A stretch of 64,000 nt of DNA from the NCBI GenBank assembly GCA_903827945.1, contig CAIKKN010000009.1, positions 52,046 through 116,045 on the forward strand, read 5' to 3'. Both the position numbers and the translations under genes were made by a program. This stretch comes from an uncultured Actinomycetes bacterium (GTDB taxonomy: Bacteria > Actinomycetota > Actinomycetes > Nanopelagicales > Nanopelagicaceae). This document shows positions 8,531-16,517 of the stretch, piece by piece (position 1 is the first letter of the stretch; every line of letters starts with the position of its first letter). A model generated the notes under the pieces. It did no database searches. It was not told the DNA's origin and was given only the letters and a program-made list of their open reading frames with translations.

Positions 8531-10183
8531 ATGACTAATCACCGTTCAGCCATATTCGCCCTTTCTGATGAATACATCGATACCGCGGCTCGGATGAGCC
8601 CAAGTGCGGCGACCAGCCTCGGTATTCCAGGCTATGACCATCTGCTTGATGATTACTCGACGGCGCATGCCGCAAAAGAGGCGGCCTATTCTCGTGATGT
8701 TCTTGCGAGAGCGAAAGCACTTGAGCCTATTGATGAAATTGATCGAATTGCTAAAGATGTTCTTATCGAGCGACTCGAATCGGGATTGATTGTCCACGAT
8801 TCAAATGAAAGATTTATTGCGTATAGCCCAATTGTGAACCCAGCTTCCAACATCCGCTCAATCTTTACGATTATGCCAACAAAGGGCGAAGAAGCAGTCA
8901 AGAACATTACTTCTCGCTTAAATGCTGTTGGTGCTTCCCTTGAGTCATGGAAATCAACTATTGAAGAAATGCATGCGAAAGGTCTTGGAACAGCGCGTCG
9001 ACAAGTACAAGTAATAGCAGAACAACTAAAGACTCACGGCACTGGAAATTATCAAGGATTTGCTAAAGAAATTGATCCGGATGGAAAATACCCAGATTTG
9101 CACGAAGCGGCGAAAAACGCGGAAGCTGCTTGTCTCAAGATGTCGCAATGGATGGGCGATGTTCACGCACCTCGTTCTACAGAAGTGGATGCAGTGGGCG
9201 AGGCTCGTTACGCACCTTGGGCAAGATACTTCACCGGCGCAAATTTAGATTTGCGTGCAACGTATGAATGGGGCATGGACGACTTACAACGAATCAACGA
9301 TCGCATGTATGCCGCCGCTGAAAAGCTTGGCTTAAAGGGTAAAACCCTTGCTGAAGTTGCTGATTATTGCGAGAACGCGCAACTTCACCGTATCGACGGA
9401 ACAGATGCATTGCTACAAAAGCTTAAAGACTTCACTCAAGAAGCCGTGGCTGCATTAGATGGAAAGTACTTTGATATCGACCCATCGATTGCATTCTGCG
9501 ATGCTCGTCTTGCTCCAGAAGGATCCGCGGCGGCTCCTTATTACATGCCTCCAAGTGAAGATTTATCAAGGCCTGGTACTACTTGGTACCCAACCCTTGG
9601 GCACACAACATTTAACTTCTGGCATATTGCATCGACTTGGTATCACGAAGCAGTCCCTGGACATCACTTGCAATTTGCAACCGCAAACTTAGAGAAGGAT
9701 CGCTTAAGTCGCTTCCAACGCACAGATGCATGGATCAGTGGTTACGGTGAAGGTTGGGCTCTTTATGCCGAACGCTTTATGGATGAACTTGGTGCTTTTG
9801 ATGAACCGTCGCTAGAGCTGGGTTATTTGGCCGGACAAGCACTTCGCGCAGCTCGCGTTGTTGTAGATATTGGCATGCATCTTGGCTACAAAGACTTTGA
9901 CGGAAATGTGTGGAATGCAGATTCGGCATATAACTTGCTCGTTGAACGTGCGCTGATGGCTCCTGATTTTGCTAAGAGTGAAATCGAGCGCTACCTCGGA
10001 TGGCCAGGCCAAGCAATCTCTTACAAAGTTGGAGAGCGCGTTTGGATGGAAATTCGCGAAGATGCTAAGAAGCGTTTAGGTGCAAATTTTGATATCAAGA
10101 AGTTCCACAGTTACGCGCTTGCAATCGGACCTATGGGCCTTGATCCACTTCGCCGCGAGATGGCGCAATGGGATGGGAATTAA
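8531..10183 (+). CDS. DUF885-family protein (putative metallopeptidase-like)
   Basis: 550 aa. WYHEAVPGHHLQ (HExxxH-like) and the overall layout match my recollection of DUF885. Start moved to ATG 8531 to remove the overlap with the divergent dehydrogenase. Confidence 0.75.
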   Translation: MTNHRSAIFALSDEYIDTAARMSPSAATSLGIPGYDHLLDDYSTAHAAKEAAYSRDVLARAKALEPIDEIDRIAKDVLIERLESGLIVHDSNERFIAYSPIVNPASNIRSIFTIMPTKGEEAVKNITSRLNAVGASLESWKSTIEEMHAKGLGTARRQVQVIAEQLKTHGTGNYQGFAKEIDPDGKYPDLHEAAKNAEAACLKMSQWMGDVHAPRSTEVDAVGEARYAPWARYFTGANLDLRATYEWGMDDLQRINDRMYAAAEKLGLKGKTLAEVADYCENAQLHRIDGTDALLQKLKDFTQEAVAALDGKYFDIDPSIAFCDARLAPEGSAAAPYYMPPSEDLSRPGTTWYPTLGHTTFNFWHIASTWYHEAVPGHHLQFATANLEKDRLSRFQRTDAWISGYGEGWALYAERFMDELGAFDEPSLELGYLAGQALRAARVVVDIGMHLGYKDFDGNVWNADSAYNLLVERALMAPDFAKSEIERYLGWPGQAISYKVGERVWMEIREDAKKRLGANFDIKKFHSYALAIGPMGLDPLRREMAQWDGN

Positions 10184-10352
10184 CGCTCCCTGCAACCGTG
10201 AGTGGTAACCCCCAAATTATTCAGTGCACGCTCGGGCTTCTCGCCATACTCGCAAATTCAACTGTGTTGTAAGCCACGTCGTCTATTTTCGAGCGGATAC
10301 TTAATGAAGGACCGCCAATGACGACGGCCCGTTGAGGTTAGGGGAAGTTCAT

Positions 10353-10898
10353 ATGGCTGAAAATAAAATTGCCGATCCTGTCCCACTAGGACTGGCCGCT
10401 TTTGGCGTAACACTCATGATGCTTAGCTCTGCAAATGCTGGACTTTGGGGCGGTGCCGGTGGGGGCGCAGTAGTTGGAACAGCCCTCTTTTATGGCGGCA
10501 TAACTCTCGCACTTGTTGGTCTTCTCGAGTTTATGCGAGGCAATGCATTCACAGCAACAGTCTTTAGCTCCTTCGGAGCATTCTGGATGTCAGTTTGGTA
10601 CTGGCTAACACATGCTGCAGTTCAAGCACCAGGCTCTCTTGGCGTCTTCCTTATGGTTTTCTCGCTTGCATCATTTGTAATGTGGATCTGTGCAATCAAA
10701 CTCGGCATGCAACTCAATGTCTTGTTCTTGCTTCTAACAATTACCCTCGTTCTATTGGCTTATGGCAATTGGGGCGCTGGACATGCGAGCATGGTTAAAG
10801 ATGGCGGATGGACCGGGATGGTTACAGCCGCTCTTGCACTTTACCTGACTGCAAAATCGTTGATTAACGAAATTTGGGGACGGAAAGTGCTTCCTTAA
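10353..10898 (+). CDS. satP: GPR1/FUN34/YaaH-family acetate/succinate channel
   Basis: 181 aa and six predicted TM segments. N-terminal DPVPLGLAAFG corresponds to the family NPAPLGL signature. SD GGGGAAG lies 6 nt before ATG 10353. Confidence 0.85.
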   Translation: MAENKIADPVPLGLAAFGVTLMMLSSANAGLWGGAGGGAVVGTALFYGGITLALVGLLEFMRGNAFTATVFSSFGAFWMSVWYWLTHAAVQAPGSLGVFLMVFSLASFVMWICAIKLGMQLNVLFLLLTITLVLLAYGNWGAGHASMVKDGGWTGMVTAALALYLTAKSLINEIWGRKVLP

Positions 10899-10910
10899 TA
10901 CAAGATAGTT

Positions 10911-10947
10911 AATAAAAGCCCCGGTCGACATTGGCCGGGGTTTTTTA
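10911..10947. terminator. Bidirectional intrinsic terminator between convergent satP and the GDPD-IMPase gene
   Basis: A-run 10911-10918, GC stem CCCCGG (10919-10924) / CCGGGG (10935-10940), then T6 at 10941-10946. The minus-strand stop codon lies inside the T tract. Confidence 0.6.
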
Positions 10948-12453
10948 TTTAAGAGCTGCAACCCAAATATCAAAGAGAGCTGTTGAAGCAACGGGGTGGA
11001 CAATTAACATCCCGCCATTTGTTGGGAAAAGATCTTCTTCGCCTTGCTCGTTTAGGACTATGCATCCTGCTTCTTTAGCAATCAAAGCAGCAGCCAAGTG
11101 ATCAATCGGGCTAAAGCGATGGACAACAGATCCAATTCCGTAATTGGCTGCAGCTGCTGTCAAAGTTAGGGTCCCCGCTCCCATAACTCGCATAGTGCAA
11201 TAACTTTCATGAAGTCCTTCTAGAAAGTTTTGAAAACCAGGCCAAGGTTCTGATCCCGCTAGTTCTGTGAGTACAACTCTGCCTGCAAGTGGCGTTTTCG
11301 TCGAAGCATCGATTGGCTTTGGTACAACTAGTGGCAAGCCATTCACGGTCGCACCACGACCTTTAGCCGCTTGAAAAAGTTTGTTTCTCCACGGATCGAT
11401 AGTGACCCCAACGAGTGGGTCTGTTCCTACTGCAAGTGAGAGTGAGAGCGAACTCCAGGGCGTTCTGTTTGCAAAATTAGTTGTGCCATCGACCGGGTCG
11501 ATATACCAAGTGGGTGTAAGTGGATCGAACTCTCCACCAAACTCTTCGCCAACAATGTTGTGTGTCGGGAAGGTAGCTTTGATCATTTCACGTGCGTGAC
11601 GTTCAATAAAGAGGTCTACTTCAGTGACGAGGTCAGCGGGATTGGCCTTGGTTTGAATATCTCCCGGAACCATCCAATTACAAACTTGAATTGCCCAGGT
11701 CCCAATACTTTGTGCCAATTCGATGGCGCGGTCGATGTCCAGAGGATCTGCGTCAGAATCATCCGCAATGACTTTCTGAAGGAGTTCCAAATTGTTAGTC
11801 GTAATAGAATCAATTCCTATGGATTTAGCCCATCGCATCGTTGGGGCGTCATCGATAGTCCAGGCAGATGCCTTCAAACCAAGAGCGTGCACTTCAGCGA
11901 TTCTGCTGGTTGTCCAAAATGAGTAGTGAGAATTTATGAATTCTGGCGAAAGTTCCTTGATCAATTCTTGGTCTACTGACTTATTTTCATTCCAGGGCGC
12001 CCAGATTCGCGAGGTTGATGAGTTCTGGCGTATCAAGAGCATTGCCTCAAGGTTGCCGCACCAAATCACTCTGGTTGGATCTAGCCCTGAACCCTCTACG
12101 AGTTTGAGAGCATTGATTGCATGAATTGGCGTATCCATGTCAATCATTATTGAACACTTGGTGCTCTGAAAAAGTTCTAGAACAGTTTCAAGAGTTGGAA
12201 TGCGAAATTGGGCGAAACCAATTTGTGAAATTTCATCAAGGTTAAGTGAGGAAGCTTCAGCCGGGAATCCCCATAAACGCTCCAAGCTGGAATCGTGGAG
12301 AACAATAATGTGGCCGTCTCTTGACTGTCGGATATCAATTTCGACTATTTCTGCGCCTAAATTGATGGCAGATTGAATCGAGGCGATTGTATTTTCCCTA
12401 AAACTTGATGAATCTCCACGGTGAGCTGTTGCAAACAAGGGTGGATGTTTCAT
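10945..12453 (-). CDS. fusion protein: N-terminal glycerophosphodiester phosphodiesterase (GDPD) and C-terminal inositol-monophosphatase-family (IMPase/SuhB-like) domain
   Basis: GDPD motifs HRGDSSSFRENT and VEIDIRQSRDGHIIVLHD. IMPase motifs VGEEFGG, WYIDPVDGTTNF and a variant C-terminal IDHLAAALIAKEAG. TAATG overlap with the upstream ATPase gene. Confidence 0.85.
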   Translation of the reverse strand: MKHPPLFATAHRGDSSSFRENTIASIQSAINLGAEIVEIDIRQSRDGHIIVLHDSSLERLWGFPAEASSLNLDEISQIGFAQFRIPTLETVLELFQSTKCSIMIDMDTPIHAINALKLVEGSGLDPTRVIWCGNLEAMLLIRQNSSTSRIWAPWNENKSVDQELIKELSPEFINSHYSFWTTSRIAEVHALGLKASAWTIDDAPTMRWAKSIGIDSITTNNLELLQKVIADDSDADPLDIDRAIELAQSIGTWAIQVCNWMVPGDIQTKANPADLVTEVDLFIERHAREMIKATFPTHNIVGEEFGGEFDPLTPTWYIDPVDGTTNFANRTPWSSLSLSLAVGTDPLVGVTIDPWRNKLFQAAKGRGATVNGLPLVVPKPIDASTKTPLAGRVVLTELAGSEPWPGFQNFLEGLHESYCTMRVMGAGTLTLTAAAANYGIGSVVHRFSPIDHLAAALIAKEAGCIVLNEQGEEDLFPTNGGMLIVHPVASTALFDIWVAALK

Positions 12454-13466
12454 TAACCGACGAGTTTCCCATTCTGGTAACGGAGAGACTTCTTGATTTT
12501 CACAAATACATTTTCCCCAACCGCAGGGATGAATTCGTTTGTAAAGGCTTTGAAAATGCCATCTTCTCGCCGAATCACAACTTCGAAGAAGTGGCCTCTT
12601 GGAATTACGAGTTCAACAGTTCCCGGCAAGGCATCATCATTTTGCTGGCTACTCAAAATTAAATCCTCAGGGCGAATGCCAATTACGTCACTTCCTGAAA
12701 CTATGCGGCCCTCAACAAGGTTGCCTTCAAAACGATTGAGCGCACCGATAAATGTTGCCACGTATTCGGTGGCGGGATGACGATATAGATCTTGTGGATT
12801 CGAGAACTGTTCAATTTTCCCCGCATTCATTACGGCAACTCTGTCTGAAATGGAAAGCGCCTCTTCCTGATCGTGAGTGACAATAACTGTAGTGATGCCA
12901 AGTCTGCGTTGTAGCTCGCGTATATCCTCGCGAACTTTCTCGCGTAGTTTGGCGTCAAGGTTAGAAAGAGGTTCATCAAGCAGAAGTACATCTGGCTCTT
13001 GAACAAGGGCTCTAGCAAGGGCAACGCGTTGTTGCTCACCGCCGGAGATGCGACCCGGACGCGAATCTTGATGATGCAAGAGATTTACCAATCCCAACGC
13101 AGCTTCCACTTTTTCCGCAGTTTCTATCTTGCCAAGACCTTTGATTTTGAGCGGATAAGCAACATTTCTAGAAACCGTCATATGAGGCCATAAGGCATAA
13201 TTTTGAAAGACCATTGCACTCGGTCGCTTCTCTGGGCCAAGGTTTGTTACATCTTTACCAGCAACTTTTACAGTGCCAGCATCTGGAATGAGAAATCCCG
13301 CAATCATTCGAAGAGTCGTCGTCTTTCCACATCCCGATGGTCCGAGCAACGAAATCATTTCACCTTTTGCCATCGACAAATCAAGATTTTCGATAATGAC
13401 GCGACCGCCAAGAATCTTCTTTAAGCCACGTAGTTCTAGTCCCATGTTTGCCTCAACATTCTTCAT
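12453..13466 (-). CDS. ABC transporter ATP-binding protein (PotA/FbpC-like, with a C-terminal TOBE-like domain)
   Basis: Walker A GPSGCGKTT, signature ISGGEQQRVALARAL, Walker B LLLDEP. ATGA overlap with the upstream permease. Confidence 0.9.
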   Translation of the reverse strand: MKNVEANMGLELRGLKKILGGRVIIENLDLSMAKGEMISLLGPSGCGKTTTLRMIAGFLIPDAGTVKVAGKDVTNLGPEKRPSAMVFQNYALWPHMTVSRNVAYPLKIKGLGKIETAEKVEAALGLVNLLHHQDSRPGRISGGEQQRVALARALVQEPDVLLLDEPLSNLDAKLREKVREDIRELQRRLGITTVIVTHDQEEALSISDRVAVMNAGKIEQFSNPQDLYRHPATEYVATFIGALNRFEGNLVEGRIVSGSDVIGIRPEDLILSSQQNDDALPGTVELVIPRGHFFEVVIRREDGIFKAFTNEFIPAVGENVFVKIKKSLRYQNGKLVG

Positions 13467-14278
13467 TTTATTTGGAATCCTTCCGCAAGCTGGCCGCCCA
13501 TGATGTGTTTACGCGCAAGACCAAGAAGTAAGACTGATGGAATTGCTAACAAAATTGAAAAGACGGCTGCAACCTGAATTGGATAGTTTTGAACCAGCGA
13601 ATACATTTCAGTTGGCATTGTGTAGATCGTTGGCGCGCCGACCAAGTAAGAACCCTGAGCCTCATCAAATGAAGCAAGGAAAGACATAACAATCGCTACA
13701 AGAATTCCTGGCATTGCCATGCGCAGCGTAATTGTTCTAAATACGGTGAATTTACTAGCTCCGGCATCTCGCGCGGCTTCTTCCAGATATCTCGGAACCG
13801 ATGCAAATGCAGCAGCAGGAATCCAAGTCATATAAATAATTGTTCCAAGTAGCTGAATAATGACGACTCCTAGGAAAGTTCCCATCAAATTCAATGTGTA
13901 ATAAAGAGTCGCGATAGCTGCGAAGAGTCCGATTTTTGGAAACGAGTTGGCCGAAAATAAGGTGATCATGAATGTCTTGCGTCCCCAATAGTTCATTCGT
14001 CCAGCTGCGTACGCTGCAGGCAGACAGATAACCATCGACAGAACAACCACAATCGGACTAATAATGAGCGAGTTCCTGATTGCAGTTTTAAGAGCTGAAT
14101 CGAGAAATACCTTGGACCACCAATTCAAAGTTAACCCTGAAGGATAGAGGTGGGGGTATTTCCAATCTGTTACAAAGGCGTGGACGCCCAACCACAAGAT
14201 TGGTCCAAGAATAAAAAGAGCTAACAAAAAAACGGAGAGGTTTAAAGCGACCTTTGAAGGGTTGAAATATCGGCGCAT
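13463..14278 (-). CDS. ABC transporter permease
   Basis: 271 aa and multi-TM. EAA-like loop (YLEEAARDAGASKFTVFRTITL). Translationally coupled on both sides. Confidence 0.9.
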   Translation of the reverse strand: MRRYFNPSKVALNLSVFLLALFILGPILWLGVHAFVTDWKYPHLYPSGLTLNWWSKVFLDSALKTAIRNSLIISPIVVVLSMVICLPAAYAAGRMNYWGRKTFMITLFSANSFPKIGLFAAIATLYYTLNLMGTFLGVVIIQLLGTIIYMTWIPAAAFASVPRYLEEAARDAGASKFTVFRTITLRMAMPGILVAIVMSFLASFDEAQGSYLVGAPTIYTMPTEMYSLVQNYPIQVAAVFSILLAIPSVLLLGLARKHIMGGQLAEGFQIK

Positions 14279-15219
14279 CAGATTCGCCCATTCTCTTTGG
14301 CGCTCTTGACGTTAGACCAGATGTAGAGGACGGCAATGCCAGAAGCGGCCAAGAAGACAATAAATGCCATTACGAGGGATTGTTGCGGTCTGTTGTAGGA
14401 GCCGAAGAAGTTTGAGATTTCTACCCCAAGCATTGTCGGCTGATTTGGTCCTAGGAAAAGCGGAATGGTGAATGATCCCATTATTCCAATAGCCGTAAAT
14501 GATCCAGCAATGATGATTGGTGTTTGGGCAAGAGGAACAACCACTGTGGATATGACCTTTAAAGTCGAAGCTCCACAGTCTTTTGCGGACTCGATGAGGG
14601 CATCAGGAACCGCCTGTACGCCCGAGCTGATCATCAAAATTGAAAACGGTAGCGAGGTCCAGACTGACCCAATAACGATAGCCGTTGAGGTGGAGGTAAG
14701 AGTGGGAAAGTTGATCCCAATGTTGGCGAAGAAACTGCGCATAAAGCCGTCACCACCATAAAAGGTGTGAATTGCCCATGCAGAGATTACTACTGGGACA
14801 AAGAGCGGAACGATTGAAAGTGTGGCAAGAACTGAAGCGGTGCGGCCACCGACTAACCGTTGGTGCAGAGCAATGGCTAGTGCAATAACAATGACCAGCA
14901 CAGTGGAGATTGCGGTAACAGCCAGCGTAAGTACCAAGTCGCCAACGAATCGTGAATCATGAAAGACATCCGAGTACGCAGCAAAAGTTCCCCACCAATG
15001 TGTCTTCGGGTGAATTTGTTGACCAATAATCGCTATGACGCGATTTGGACCTTTTGTAAATCCCAAACTAAAAGTAAATCCGATAAGAATTGGAATTCCG
15101 ACAAAACCAAGAACAAGTAAAAGTGGAGGAAGTGAAAGCGCAAAGCCGAACAAGGAGGACCCGCTGCCATTGTTGGCTAGCGAACCCTCCTTGCCAGTTC
15201 TACGGAGAAGTGATCTCAC
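14278..15219 (-). CDS. ABC transporter permease
   Basis: 313 aa and multi-TM. EAA-like loop (LIESAKDCGASTLKVISTVVVP). Confidence 0.9.
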   Translation of the reverse strand: MRSLLRRTGKEGSLANNGSGSSLFGFALSLPPLLLVLGFVGIPILIGFTFSLGFTKGPNRVIAIIGQQIHPKTHWWGTFAAYSDVFHDSRFVGDLVLTLAVTAISTVLVIVIALAIALHQRLVGGRTASVLATLSIVPLFVPVVISAWAIHTFYGGDGFMRSFFANIGINFPTLTSTSTAIVIGSVWTSLPFSILMISSGVQAVPDALIESAKDCGASTLKVISTVVVPLAQTPIIIAGSFTAIGIMGSFTIPLFLGPNQPTMLGVEISNFFGSYNRPQQSLVMAFIVFLAASGIAVLYIWSNVKSAKENGRI

Positions 15220-15239
15220 TTAGATGCTGAAAACAGCCC

Positions 15240-16388
15240 TTACTTACCTGGAACGGTTGAAGCCCACTTGCTCTTCAAGTCGTTGGCATTTGCACTGAGG
15301 TATCCAGCGCGTAAGTTTTGAATATCTACACCAGTAAATGCAGCGGTTGCAGTTGGATCAAGCTTCGCCAAAGGAATGACTGGGAAGCCATTTAGTGTTC
15401 CGCTGACAATCAAGTTCTGTGCAGCTGGTGAAAGAACCCAGTTAGCGAGAACGCGAGCACCCTTATTACGGTTTGCAGAAGTTGCTGGAATTCCAAGGTA
15501 TGAAGCTCCACCTGTCAAAGTTGGGTTCAAAATTTGTGCAACCTTGATATTTGAAGGCATTGTTCCAGCTTTGACTGCTGATGCAAATTGATCTGACCAA
15601 ACGGTTCCCATATCAACAAGGCCGGTTGCAAGATCCTTCAAAGTTTCGGCGTTGTTTGCTGGGTAAGTACCATTCTGTCCGTATGTGTACTTGTTAAGTT
15701 GGCGAAGAGTTTCAAGTCCTGTCGCCCACTTTGTTTCAAGCTCTGGAGCAGCGCTTGAAACTAAAGTCTTGCGATCTGCATCTGAAAGATACTTATCAAC
15801 AACAGTCTGTACGAATGCATATCCACTTCCGCCACCGCTTGGAGCGTTGTATGTGAACTTGCCTGGATTCTTCTTAATCCAAGTCAATAATTCATCAAGA
15901 GTCTTTGGAGGAGTTGGAACGTTCTTTGTGTTGTATGCAAGAAGAACTGATGAGCCGCGGTATGGAATTCCACCCTTGCCAGCTTTTAGAACAGTCTTGT
16001 TGACATCAATTAGATTTGGAACAATTCCAACTGTTGGCTTAAAGAGGAGACCAGCAGCGCCAAGTGTTGTTACAAAACCACCGTCAATGAGATCTACGCC
16101 TGCATCTTTACCAAGTGTTGCAGCAGCAGTCAATTTTGCTGTCTCTTGCGCGTCGTGGTCGCCGTGAAGGTCAAAAGTTACGTTTACGTCGTAACCAGGA
16201 TTTGCAGCTTTAAAAGCGGGAACGAGGGTCTTAACCCAAAGATCTTGAATATTTGTGTCAGCAGAAATGTAAACCTGAACTGTCTGAACTTTTGCCATTG
16301 CAGCATGAGAAGCAGAAGTGCTTACTCCAAGTGCAAGAGCGATTGCTGCAGAAACTGCAACAGCCTTCTTGGTTGTCATCTTAAACAA
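15240..16388 (-). CDS. ABC transporter extracellular solute-binding protein (family 1, iron/aminophosphonate/polyamine-like)
   Basis: 382 aa. N-terminal signal peptide (KKAVAVSAAIALALGVSTSASHAAMA). TTG start at 16388, 5 nt after SD GGAGGA. First gene of a five-gene minus-strand operon. Confidence 0.85.
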   Translation of the reverse strand: MFKMTTKKAVAVSAAIALALGVSTSASHAAMAKVQTVQVYISADTNIQDLWVKTLVPAFKAANPGYDVNVTFDLHGDHDAQETAKLTAAATLGKDAGVDLIDGGFVTTLGAAGLLFKPTVGIVPNLIDVNKTVLKAGKGGIPYRGSSVLLAYNTKNVPTPPKTLDELLTWIKKNPGKFTYNAPSGGGSGYAFVQTVVDKYLSDADRKTLVSSAAPELETKWATGLETLRQLNKYTYGQNGTYPANNAETLKDLATGLVDMGTVWSDQFASAVKAGTMPSNIKVAQILNPTLTGGASYLGIPATSANRNKGARVLANWVLSPAAQNLIVSGTLNGFPVIPLAKLDPTATAAFTGVDIQNLRAGYLSANANDLKSKWASTVPGK

Positions 16389-16458
16389 AGTATTCCTCCG
16401 TGATGTAATTGGTCGGATAAAGCACCGGGTAGAGGAATCTTGGAGTATGACAAGTTCA

Positions 16459-16491
16459 GTTAAGTGAACAATCAGTAGGTCGTAGGTGAAC
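16459..16491 (-). promoter_or_regulatory. Candidate PHO box: three 11-nt-phased units on the minus strand (GTTCACCTACG / ACCTACTGATT / GTTCACTTAAC) upstream of the ABC/GDPD operon
   Basis: The two GTTCAC cores are exactly 22 nt apart. The site is about 70-100 nt upstream of the SBP start. It overlaps a 16-nt near-palindrome, GTTCAGTTAAGTGAAC (16454-16469). Confidence 0.4.
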
Positions 16492-16517
16492 GAATTATTA
16501 AGACTTATAGACTCTAA

